Shown here: positions 40,584 to 50,577 of the stretch, piece by piece
How positions within the stretch are numbered: position 1 is the stretch's first letter
Layout of the letters: the number at the start of each line of letters is the position of its first letter
Assembly (NCBI GenBank): GCA_963681965.1
Contig: OY820579.1
Location: 512,001-576,000 of the forward strand
DNA length: 64,000 nt
From: a bacterium
GTDB lineage: Bacteria > Electryoneota > JAOADG01
Reading direction: 5' to 3'
Notes under the pieces: generated by a model
Databases searched by the model: none
What the model saw: only the letters and a program-made list of their open reading frames with translations
Told to the model about the DNA's origin: nothing
Program-made: the position numbers and the translations under genes

Positions 40584-41873
40584 ATGAATCACATCTCCTC
40601 TGCGCGATGCGAATCGCGTGTTTCCGGTATTTCGCCTCGGTTACGAGAGTACCGGTTACGGCAATCTACTAACAATCCTCCCGATCAAATTGCACCCGGC
40701 GATGGTTCTTCGCTTTCCTCGACGTACACCGCAGTGGAATCCGCTCAACCGATGTCGGCGTCGTTGTTGGACGGATTTCTTTACACCGGTGGTAATCGCG
40801 CGGATTTCTATCGTTATTTGCGCGACCGCTTGCCGATCGTATCCGCCGGAATTTGGTCGTGGGTACATCTTTGCGCGACACCACTGGAACGTCATTTCGA
40901 TGGACCCGCTCACGCCGTGCGGGAAGCGGAACAGATTCTCGCTGCGCTGGAACGTCGATTGCAGCCGTATCCCGGGCGATTGGCGCTTGACCGACTCACC
41001 GAAGCGTTATTCTGGGAGTTGTTCACGCTCGGTCGCTGTGCCGCTGAAATTGTGCCATTACCCGATCTGAGCGGTTTATCGGCGATCCGGTTTATCGATC
41101 CGTATCGCGTTCGCATCGGCAAGAATCAGGAAAAATTCTACCTCGATGACGATCGAAAATTGATTCCAGTCGTACCCGACCGGTTCTTCTATGCGGTGTT
41201 GCAGCACGATCCGGCGCAACCGGCGGGGATCGATCCGCTTGCCACCTTGCCGTTCGTACTTGCCATCGAAAAGCAGTTGCTCGAAGATATGGCGTGTTCC
41301 AGTCACAATGTCGGTTCGCCGCGAATGCAGGTGAAGATCACACCACCGCTGCGCGAGCCGAGTGAATCTGCCGACGAATATGAAAACCGCGCCGGGAAGT
41401 ATTTCGACGATACGGTCAGTGGTTTTGCGAAACTCGATCCCGACGACAATCTCTTCACTTGGAACGACGTTGAAGTGACGATTATTGGCGGTGAAGGGCG
41501 TCAAACGTCGCAGTGGCGAATCAGTCGTCAGGAAGTCGTCGAGGATGTTGTGACGGGTCTAAAGCTGTTTCCGTGGGTTCTCGGTCGCAGTCACGGCACC
41601 ACCAAGAATTGGGTCGAGGCGCAATTCAATTTGCTGATGCACATCGTCAATTCGCTGCAACTCCGCGGACTGCAACTTGCCGAACGGATTGCGAATACCG
41701 AACTCGCGCTGCGCGGCAATCCCGCCCGGGTCGCTTTCGCATATACTCCACATCCCGATCCCTTTGCGTTGCAACGCGAACAGGCATTTTCGCTGAAAAC
41801 CAATACGCTGCTGACGCTGGTCGATCGTGGCTACCTCACGAAAGATGAGGTCATGGGGAAACTGAAATTGTAA
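40584..41873 (+). CDS. Putative phage portal protein
   Basis: AAGGA RBS; 429 aa; FYR.LR..LPI..A.I, L...G....EIVP, G...L..LPFV, N.G.PR..V, DV.V..IG.EG, ..GL.P..LG....TT; directly before the prohead protease. Confidence 0.78.
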   Translation: MNHISSARCESRVSGISPRLREYRLRQSTNNPPDQIAPGDGSSLSSTYTAVESAQPMSASLLDGFLYTGGNRADFYRYLRDRLPIVSAGIWSWVHLCATPLERHFDGPAHAVREAEQILAALERRLQPYPGRLALDRLTEALFWELFTLGRCAAEIVPLPDLSGLSAIRFIDPYRVRIGKNQEKFYLDDDRKLIPVVPDRFFYAVLQHDPAQPAGIDPLATLPFVLAIEKQLLEDMACSSHNVGSPRMQVKITPPLREPSESADEYENRAGKYFDDTVSGFAKLDPDDNLFTWNDVEVTIIGGEGRQTSQWRISRQEVVEDVVTGLKLFPWVLGRSHGTTKNWVEAQFNLLMHIVNSLQLRGLQLAERIANTELALRGNPARVAFAYTPHPDPFALQREQAFSLKTNTLLTLVDRGYLTKDEVMGKLKL

Positions 41874-41926
41874 CGAACTGTAGCATTAGTTCATACTATC
41901 AACGATTATCTCATCGACTCTGAAGA

Positions 41927-42646
41927 ATGGAGTACAATATGTTGGAGCAAACACTCATTGGAGTACCCGATCCGATTGTTGTGGAACCGGAATCGGAAGC
42001 ATCGGAAACGGATTTAGCAACCATTCATGCGCTCAAGAATCCGCCACTGGAACCGTTGACACTGGACGCAATTTATGTGCGTCGCTGTCGTCTTGCCGGA
42101 GATGTTCTCGATTCGAAAGGGGGGTGTTTCCGCACCGAGGATTTACCGCGGTTGCTGGAAATGGTGCAGGGTGCGCCGGCACTGATCGGGCATGATCGAA
42201 GTCAAAAGCCGACGGCACGATTTTTCGGCGGCTCGATCGAAGAACACGACGGACACCGTTACATCGTTCCGAAATTCTATTGGTTGAAGGCGCATAGTCA
42301 TGCCGAAGATCTCCGGCTGGAAATCGATGGCGGGTTGATCAACGAAGCGTCGATCGCATTCTTGTTTACGACACCGACTTGCTCGATATGCGGTGGCGAT
42401 ATCCGCGACTGCGAACATCAGGTGGGAGAGCAGTATAATGGATGCGATTGTTTTTATTACTACGATGGCATCGATATGGTCACGGAAGGATCGTTGGTCT
42501 ATCGCGGTGCCGAACCTGGTACGGCGCTGCTGCCAAATCAATTGTCGGTGCGACCGTTTTTGCTGCCGGTAAAGAACAGTACCGAACCACTCCCGAAAAT
42601 CCGTTATCGCGGGAAGTTGTGGCGGATCCTTCCCGATCGCGAATAA
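41927..42646 (+). CDS. Putative prohead (HK97-type) maturation protease with Cys/His insertion
   Basis: LIGHD (His), I.GG...E.SI.F (Ser), E.SLV..GA.P motifs; CSICG...C.H..G..Y.G..C insertion; alternative start 41939. Confidence 0.78.
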   Translation: MEYNMLEQTLIGVPDPIVVEPESEASETDLATIHALKNPPLEPLTLDAIYVRRCRLAGDVLDSKGGCFRTEDLPRLLEMVQGAPALIGHDRSQKPTARFFGGSIEEHDGHRYIVPKFYWLKAHSHAEDLRLEIDGGLINEASIAFLFTTPTCSICGGDIRDCEHQVGEQYNGCDCFYYYDGIDMVTEGSLVYRGAEPGTALLPNQLSVRPFLLPVKNSTEPLPKIRYRGKLWRILPDRE

Positions 42647-42664
42647 TCAGCGCGTACTTCTTTA

Positions 42665-43308
42665 AGTAGGGGCGGGTCCCCGCGCCCGCCCGTTCTAACA
42701 TCTTTTCGTTTTTTTGGTGGCGCAGGCCTCCGAGCCTGCGTCTGGTATCTTGTATCTTGATTTGTCGTTGCGAGGAACGCAGCGAAGGAACATCCGCCGT
42801 AGGCGGATAGCCGTAGCGAAGTGACGAAGCAATCTTCAGGTATCTTGTATCCTGATTCGTCGTTGCGAAGCCGCCATCGGCGGCTGTGGCAACCGGCTCT
42901 TGTGTAGCCGCAGGCTTCAGCCTGCGTTTTTTCTTGAATCTTGTATTCTGTAGTAGGGGCGCCTCCCTGCGGGCGCCCGTTCTTGTATCTTTTTATCTTG
43001 AATCTTGTTTCCTGTATCCTGATCTGTCGTTGCGAACGAAGCGCGTTCTGCGCGCGTAGTGTGGCAACCTTCGCCTTTTTTCCGTAGGGGCATATGGCAT
43101 ACGCCCCACGGCGGTGCCGTTAGCACCGCACGCGGTTCGTTCGCGAACGAACCTTACAGAAAAAGAAAGACGGCCCTAAAGGGCCATCTCCGAAAAAACA
43201 GGTGTTAGGGGGTAGGTGCTGGGAATTGGGAACGGAAAAAAGATACAGGAACGGGCGGACACGGTGGTCCGCCCCTACTGGCGGGAGGGCTCACGAGCCC
43301 TCCCCTAC
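42665..43308. repeat. Large composite REP cluster (about 640 bp, more than 10 elements)
   Basis: Several GTAGGGGC.../GTAGCCGC... hairpins, three TCGTTGCGA...GCAA(T/C)C elements and TATCTTG/AATCTTG heptamer spacers, between convergent genes. Confidence 0.9.
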
Positions 43309-46119
43309 TTCAATAACACAATTTTCTGCGTCTTCGTAAACGCACCCGCTTGCATCCGCAAGAAGTATGTCCCCGATGAAAACTGCTTCCCATCGAATGT
43401 TATGCGGTAAGCTCCAGCTGCCTGCTTGCAGTTTACTAGTGTAGCTACAGCTCTCCCTAGTAAATCGTAGAGTATAAGTTCAACAGTACTAGCTCGGGGA
43501 ATCGAGTATGACAAAGTAGTTATTGAATTGAATGGATTCGGGTAATTCTGACAAAGTTGAAAATGATCTGGTGAACGGGTGTAATTGGCTCAATAACCGT
43601 TTCGGGAATCGTTAGTCTCGAAATGAAACAATCATTGGATCCGCCAGAATATGCAGTATCGTATGTATCTGAAGTTATAGGAAAGATCGTACTGGATGTA
43701 TAACCAGATAAGAAAATATTATTATCTGATTCATAAAATAAAGCAGTACTTCTATCATACCCAGCTCCCCCAAAAAATGAACTATATGATAATTCAGACC
43801 GATAAAGATTCATTTTTGAGATAAAACAATCGTTATTACCATTAAAAGACAGATCAAATCCGTCTGAAGTTACTGGAAAATTAATACTATTTGCGACTCC
43901 AGTGATGATAATATTTCCACTACCGATATAATTAATAGCTGCACCCCAACAACTTCCAGAATCTCCTCCCAAGTAAGTACTTTAAAGTAGTTGCGAACCA
44001 ATCGGATTCAACCAAGCGATAAAACAATTTCCATGTCCATTATTTATTGAATCAAAAGCGGTATGAGTAATTGGAAAATCATTACTACTAGTAGAGCCAG
44101 TGACAATAACTTCGCCGCTATCAACAAGAGCAACTCCTAATCCTGCATCGATCGATGAACCACCGAGGAAAGTGCTGTAAAGAAGCTGGGAGCCGGAGTC
44201 ATTGAGATGAACTACATATGCATCAGCAAGTGGATTGCTATTAAACGAGGTGTCAAATGCTCCCGGTGTAGTAGGAAATGTGGCTCCGCAACCACCTGTG
44301 ATAAATGACCCGCCATTACCATCGCTGATGATACATCTTCCATCGCCTGGTCCAAGAAGTGTACTGAAAATTAATTGAGAGCCAGTACTATTTAGACGCG
44401 AGACAAAACAATCGGAATAAGTACCACTAAAAGTAGTATCGAATACTCCCGATGTAGTTGGAAAATTACTGCTTTGAGTATATCCAGTTAAGAAAGCTCC
44501 GCCTGATCCATCGCTCGATATTGAACGCGATTGCTGTTGATTGGAACCACCTAGTAAATCGGAAAAGAATAATCGATTTCCAGAATTGCTCAATTTGACG
44601 ACAAAACAGGCTAATGAGCCACCGGCTCCAAATACGTATGAAAGTGGGAAGTAATTACTACTCGTTTAGCCGGCAAATAAATACCCATTCGAATCGGCTT
44701 TAGTGATGCTTTCACCATAATCATCATTCTCGCCACCGATGAACGTGCTGAATACTAACTGTGAAAGTGAGCTATTCATCTTCGTTACGAAACAGTCGTA
44801 GAATCCATTTGCTCCACTATTAAAAGTCGAATCGAAACTGCCGGCAGTGGTCGGAAAATTGCTGCTTCGGGTACTTCCGCCGATGACTACTCCACCATCG
44901 ACGTCAACACTCATTCCTGAAGCACAACCATCATCGGCGCCTCCTCCCAGATACGTTGAATACACCAGTGGATCTATTCTTAGTGTATGTGAGTTATCGT
45001 ACCCATTCGGCAAATCGATCGCGAAGACATTCCCTGACACGAGTGAGAATTGTGCCGTGACTTCGTTTCTGCGGGTACCATTGGATGTGGTTTGGTAAGC
45101 TCCTGGAATCGACATCCGCAATTCGCCGAGGGAAGTCATCAGTGACAGTATGTCGGAATTTATTCCGACTCCATCTAGAGTCTTGATTTGTCGTTGCGAG
45201 GAACGCAGGGCGCGACCTTGTGCGCCCGAAGAGACGAAGCAATCTTCAGGTATCTTTTCCGTAGGGGCGTATGGCATACGCCCCGCGGGCGCATCCGCGC
45301 CCGTTGCGGTGCGTTCACGAACGCACCCTACATAAGACAGATCTTCAGTCAACCCCTCGCACACCATCTTGATTTGTTTCGGGTCGGCACCGGGATGTAC
45401 TACGAAATCGAATTCGAGATGACCTTTGCTCTCATACCATTCAACATCGATGCCCTGCCAAACATCGTGATGCACCACGCGAGAGAAATTCCGGCAATCC
45501 GGTGCCCATTTGGACGAGTCATTCCCAAGGAAATAATTGTTGTGCCACGAAAATTCCCCTTGTGCACCAATCCATTTTGCGCAAGAGTAATTTCGTAGGT
45601 CGGAATTTATTCCGACATCCTCTTGTGTCGTGCATTTATCCGTAGGGGCGAATGCGATTCGCCCCTACGGGAGTCGACAAATTTGAATTTGAGCGCGTGG
45701 GATTTTAATGGAAAGGATTCATGATCAGGGCGTATGCCATACGCCCCTACGGCGGCAACGTCGTTGCCGCTTGCGGGCGGGCGTGGGAGCCCGCCCCTAC
45801 TGGAAAAAGGATCGGTGCGTTCGCGAACCGCCCCTACAAAAGATGAGGAATCGATTACCGAGGTGACGAGGGTGACACCATCCCGCTCAAGGAACCACGT
45901 GAAGCCATCGCAGCGCACCTCGCATTTGTAGAGGACGGCAGAATCCCATTGCCCCTTGTTCTCGGTGAATTGGAACGGGTGTGGCAGGCGCGTCGATTGT
46001 ACGCTGACGGCGGGTACATTGCGATACAGGGTGAGCAGGGCAATAGCCATTGCAAACAGGAGCGGTGGCGCGATTTTGGTAAATATACCATAGCGAAATC
46101 TCACAGCACCTCCGGTCAA
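43305..46119 (-). pseudogene. Disrupted paralog of the SBBP beta-propeller protein at 8454-11297
   Basis: N-terminal domain nearly identical to the paralog; frameshift at about 45640, in-frame TAA at 44666-44668 and 43982-43984, frameshift at about 43570 before QNYPNPFN. Confidence 0.85.
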
Positions 46120-46244
46120 CTTTGCGAATAGGATCTTAATATGATTGCATGCTTCTAAATAATACTATGGATCGCGAAGTAAAACAATAAAAAAGGGAAC
46201 GATCCGCAAAGATCGTCCCCTCATCCAATTTGATTTTGTTCTGA

Positions 46245-48077
46245 CTAGTTATCCAGTGCCTTCTTTGCCGCCTGTTTCGATAATTCGAAATCGAGAATCT
46301 TCTTGCGCAAGCGAATCGCGGTCGGTGTCACTTCCACCAATTCATTTTCGGCAATAAATTCGAGCGCCATTTCCAGCGTCAAAATGCGTGGTGGATGGAG
46401 TTGATATCCTTCTTCCGCCGTGGATTGCCGCATATTGGTCAACTTCTTTTCCTTGGTCGGATTGATCCAGATATCGTCGGTACGCGAATTCTCGCCGACG
46501 ATTCGACCGCTGTACACTTCATCGCCCGGCGCGACAAACATCTGTCCGCGCTCCTGCAATGTTTCCAGCGCATACGCCGTGCATCTACCGGAACGGTCCG
46601 CGACCAACACCCCGGCGATCCGGTGCGGAATTGCGCCGGCATGAGGACGCCAGCCGAGGAAGATGTGATTGACAATCGCGGTGCCGCGCGTTTCCACCAT
46701 CAGCAATGACCGCAAGCCGATCAAGCCGCGCATCGGTACTTCGAATTCAATCCGGATCCAGCCTGACGAATGATTCACCATCCGTGTCATGCGACCCTTG
46801 CGCAACCCCATCGCCTGCGTAACGGTGCCGATATACGGTTCCGGCAAATCGATCATCAGGTGCTCGTACGGTTCGTGCAATTCGTCGTTCACGCGACGAG
46901 TGCGTACCGTCGGTTTCGAGATCGATAATTCGAAACCTTCGCGCCGCATCGTTTCGATAATGATCGCGAGCTGCAATTCGCCGCGACCCACCACTTTGAA
47001 TGCATCCGGTGTTTCAGTCTCTTCGACGACAATCGAGGGATTGCCTTGAATCTCTTTGAATAAACGGTCGCGCAATTGCCGGCTGGTGACGTATTTGCCG
47101 TCGCGTCCGGAAAACGGCGAGGTATTGATCGAGAACACCATTTCGAGGGTCGGTTCGTCGATCTTCAGCGGCGGTAACAGTCGCGGATTGTCGGTATCGG
47201 TCAGCGTATCGCCCAGTTCGATCCCTTCGACACCGGAAATCGCGACGATATCGCCGGGATTCGCTTCTTCGATCGGAATTCGTTTCAAACCGGAGAATCC
47301 GAATAATTGCGTAATCTTCGTCTGCTTCAGTTGGTTTTCGTGACTCCCCATCATCACCTGTTTGCCGACGCGGATACTGCCGTTGGTGACGCGCCCAATG
47401 CCGATACGACCCAGATAGTCGCTATAGTCGAGCGAGGTGATCTGAAGTTGAAGCGGATGCCCTTCGATGAACTTTGGCGGCGGCACTTTCTCGATGATGA
47501 CATCGAACAACGGTTGCAGATTCGTTCCGGGAACCTTCAGATCCATCGTTGCGGTTCCGGCGCGGGCATTGGTGAAAATCACCGGGAAGTGGCACTGCTC
47601 TTCGCTGGCGTCGAGATCGAGAAATAGTTCGAGTACTTCGTCGACCACTTCGTCGATCCGGGCATCGGGACGATCGATTTTATTGATCACCACGATCGGC
47701 GAGAGATTGTTTGCGAGTGCATTCGACAATACATAGCGGGTCTGCGGTAACGGTCCTTCGGATGCATCGACCAGCAGCAAACAGCCGTCGACCATTTTTA
47801 AAATGCGTTGCACTTCACCGCCGAAATCGGCATGACCGGGAGTATCGACGATGTTGATCGTGTGATCGTGATAAGGGATGGCGGTGTTCTTCGCCATGAT
47901 CGTGATACCCTTCTCGCGTTCGAGATCGAGTTTATCCATGGCGCGTTCCGCGACCTGTTCGTTGGCGCGGAAAATTCCGGATTGATGAAGCATGGCATCG
48001 ACCAACGTCGTCTTTCCGTGGTCGACGTGGGCGATGATGGCGAGATTGCGCAATTCATTGCGATAAAGCTTTGACAC
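46245..48077 (-). CDS. typA: Translational GTPase TypA/BipA
   Basis: RNLAIIAHVDHGKTTLVD, EREKGITI, DTPGHADFGGEV, GKYVTSR, GRGELQL, KKLTNMR, LVEVTP..IRLRK. Confidence 0.97.
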   Translation of the reverse strand: MSKLYRNELRNLAIIAHVDHGKTTLVDAMLHQSGIFRANEQVAERAMDKLDLEREKGITIMAKNTAIPYHDHTINIVDTPGHADFGGEVQRILKMVDGCLLLVDASEGPLPQTRYVLSNALANNLSPIVVINKIDRPDARIDEVVDEVLELFLDLDASEEQCHFPVIFTNARAGTATMDLKVPGTNLQPLFDVIIEKVPPPKFIEGHPLQLQITSLDYSDYLGRIGIGRVTNGSIRVGKQVMMGSHENQLKQTKITQLFGFSGLKRIPIEEANPGDIVAISGVEGIELGDTLTDTDNPRLLPPLKIDEPTLEMVFSINTSPFSGRDGKYVTSRQLRDRLFKEIQGNPSIVVEETETPDAFKVVGRGELQLAIIIETMRREGFELSISKPTVRTRRVNDELHEPYEHLMIDLPEPYIGTVTQAMGLRKGRMTRMVNHSSGWIRIEFEVPMRGLIGLRSLLMVETRGTAIVNHIFLGWRPHAGAIPHRIAGVLVADRSGRCTAYALETLQERGQMFVAPGDEVYSGRIVGENSRTDDIWINPTKEKKLTNMRQSTAEEGYQLHPPRILTLEMALEFIAENELVEVTPTAIRLRKKILDFELSKQAAKKALDN

Positions 48078-48233
48078 TGTACTGTTTCCTGTGATTGAAT
48101 CGTCCCAAGATAGAACGGGAACGGGCAGAGGGCAACTAAAACCCGCAAAGTACTATGGAATAAGAGTTTCAGGTGGAAGCAACCGTTCGTTAGACTTCCA
48201 ATTACACTATATGTACGTGAAATGAGGTCAATT

Positions 48234-48536
48234 ATGGATAGCAATCAACTGCCATGCGCATTTCAGGTCGCCGAAATCGGCGAGAAACTCGGGATTGTCG
48301 CAACCCGGCTGGAGCGGATTCTCGCGGCACAGGAAGAGTTGCTCGAATTGAATCGCAATCTGGCGACGCAACTGCATCCCGCCGAACAGGAGCGCCGCAC
48401 GAGGATGTTACTGGAGGAATCGTCGTCAAAATTGCGCGGACTTCACGACAGTCTCGAGAAACGCCTCACGATCAAGTGGCTCGGTGTGACTTCGCTGTTC
48501 GGGTTTATTGTGTATGTCGTGCAGTTGTTGAAGTGA
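48234..48536 (+). CDS. Small coiled-coil protein with C-terminal TM helix
   Basis: GAGG RBS; heptad-like body followed by KWLGVTSLFGFIVYVVQLLK. Confidence 0.6.
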   Translation: MDSNQLPCAFQVAEIGEKLGIVATRLERILAAQEELLELNRNLATQLHPAEQERRTRMLLEESSSKLRGLHDSLEKRLTIKWLGVTSLFGFIVYVVQLLK

Positions 48537-48725
48537 AAAAAAATGATTTTTAAATCCATGAGAAAAGTGTTGCAGGGTTTCTGTTAGTATAGTAGATTTC
48601 ATTCTAAAGTCTATCTGCACACACTTCTTGGTTAAAGTAACTGGCAATCGGAACGACCCATACTTCTCTTCATGACAGCTAACTTTCATTAGCAGGAATA
48701 TACTTTGCGTTTAGGAGATAAATGT

Positions 48726-50228
48726 ATGTATCGGATGTTAATTTCAATCATCGCATTACTTGTTGCCTCCACCATGAGTATTGCGCAATTGACTATTGTT
48801 TCAACATCACCGTCCAACGGTGCAGTGAATGTTTCTTCACAAACTTCTCTTGAAATCACATTTTCAGCACCATTAGATACATCAATTCGATATTCGTCGG
48901 GATGTCCGATCGCGATCTTACTCTCTGGTCCAACTCTTACAAATCCCAATTTAACATACTCGATGAGTACAGATCTCAGAACGATCCGATTTCCACTTAC
49001 AATTCCGGTGAATACTGATTGTGGATTCATTATTTTTAATGCGCAATCGACAACAAGACAAGGGATGAGTCATCTCTACGCATCGAATTTTACGAGTATG
49101 AGCAGTTTTGGAATTTATAATATCTCTGGTTCAATAAGTTATCCAGAAGGGAATCCTGTCAACTCGTTCGTAGCTTTGTTTCAATCCGGAAGTGACAATC
49201 CAATTTTATTCGGAGTATGCAGTCCCGGACAAGCAACATATACAATAAATGGATTGAGGGGTGGTGGACAACATTATGCCCTTGTCGCAGGACTAGATTT
49301 AAATGGAGACGGTGAGTTAAATAATGATCCCGGCGGTTGGTATGATACAAATAACGATGGTGAACCCGATGAAATAATCGTTGATAATGTCAATGTCTCC
49401 AATATTAATATCACGTTACATCTTGAATTGCCGATTACTGCCCTCGAGCGAATTGCAGCAGTCCGAGCCTATATTGCTTCGATCGATCCCAATGCAACAA
49501 TCAAGGGACATTGGGGAGATGATGATGCAAATCTTCCAACCGGTAGAAGTTATACATGGCAATTCCGAGTACTGTCTCCACTGTTAGATAGTATGTTAGA
49601 GCTAAGAGTAAATTCTTATCAAATTCGTCGAAGTACGAGCAATCCGACTGAGCCTGGAATCGGGTATGGTCTTGATTTTCCGCTGAGCGGTATCGATAGT
49701 GATAGTGCATTCCGAGTTGCTGAAAGAAATGGTGGAGCACAATTACGCAATGCCTACCCAACAACCCATGTTGTCATGACTTCTAAAACTGATTACGATG
49801 ACCCGGAAAATCCGATTTTAACTTGGCACGTCTGTTACAATACGGAATCATCGCAATTTAATTATGTTCTCCGGATTGATATTGATGTGATATCCGGAGC
49901 GGTTAGACAAATTCTGTGGAATCCCGATCGGGGTGTTGACGATCAGAAGATCTTTTCTACTCCAGATTTTTGTTCACTGAATGGCTGTTATCCGAACCCA
50001 TTCAATGCGACCACTGAAATCAAATACACGATTGCAAAGACAAGTAATGTCGATTTGCGACTGTTCGATGTGACAGGACGAGAAGTAGCGAAGTTAATCA
50101 ACTTCGATCAACATCCCGGTAGCTACACCTATCGATTAAACGGAAGCGTGCTGGCAAGCGGCACGTACTTCGTTCGGTTGCAGACCGGTTCGACTAATCA
50201 GACTCAAAAAATCATTTTACTCCGATAA
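48726..50228 (+). CDS. Secreted Ig-like (Big_5/SbsA) domain protein with C-terminal sorting domain
   Basis: Signal peptide; IVSTSP.NGA.NV......ITFS.P.D; D.NGDG motifs; YPNPFNATT tail. Confidence 0.85.
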   Translation: MYRMLISIIALLVASTMSIAQLTIVSTSPSNGAVNVSSQTSLEITFSAPLDTSIRYSSGCPIAILLSGPTLTNPNLTYSMSTDLRTIRFPLTIPVNTDCGFIIFNAQSTTRQGMSHLYASNFTSMSSFGIYNISGSISYPEGNPVNSFVALFQSGSDNPILFGVCSPGQATYTINGLRGGGQHYALVAGLDLNGDGELNNDPGGWYDTNNDGEPDEIIVDNVNVSNINITLHLELPITALERIAAVRAYIASIDPNATIKGHWGDDDANLPTGRSYTWQFRVLSPLLDSMLELRVNSYQIRRSTSNPTEPGIGYGLDFPLSGIDSDSAFRVAERNGGAQLRNAYPTTHVVMTSKTDYDDPENPILTWHVCYNTESSQFNYVLRIDIDVISGAVRQILWNPDRGVDDQKIFSTPDFCSLNGCYPNPFNATTEIKYTIAKTSNVDLRLFDVTGREVAKLINFDQHPGSYTYRLNGSVLASGTYFVRLQTGSTNQTQKIILLR

Positions 50229-50259
50229 CACATTTACAACCTCATAATCCATTATTGAA

Positions 50260-50400
50260 TCGGCGGACTTTTCAGTCCGCCGGTTTCGATTCTACCCATC
50301 CATAATTCGTGAAACTTTTTCTCCCGTGAGATGGAGGCGCTCCTCTCACGAGAGGCGACTCACCTCTCATTGGAGGAGCTCCACCTCCGAGGAGAGCAGC
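50260..50400. repeat. Degenerate REP cluster
   Basis: GGCGGACTTTTCAGTCCGCC; GGAGGCGCTCCTCTCACGAGAGGCG; GGAGGAGCTCCACCTCCGAGGAGAGC. Confidence 0.6.
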
Positions 50401-50577
50401 AAAAAAGAGGCGATTCAAACGATAGCGGGGAGTTTTAAAACGGAGTTCATGTCCATCACATCCATTCAAACGGAAGGTAGACGCTCGGCAAACCATTCTT
50501 TCACCCCTCCTCAAACAATGGGGGTGTAGTTTGTCATCGTAAGTACGTCAAACAGGTTTTTCATCGAGAGGTGAACC

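Noticed and set aside
28882-42646. Intact inducible prophage or PICI
   Set aside because: No integrase, repressor, replication, tail or lysin genes and no att-like direct repeats seen; head genes are interleaved with cellular genes on both strands.
42665-43308. CRISPR array (also considered for 17345-17655 and 11310-11600)
   Set aside because: Repeats are heterogeneous, in both orientations and irregularly spaced; no cas genes; they match REP/REPIN structure.
43982-44668. Stop-codon reassignment: two in-frame TAA codons both fall where Tyr is expected (AG*TSS, LL*STYLGG)
   Set aside because: TAA terminates many normal genes here, the same gene has two frameshifts, and TAT/TAC to TAA is a single substitution; pseudogene decay is sufficient.
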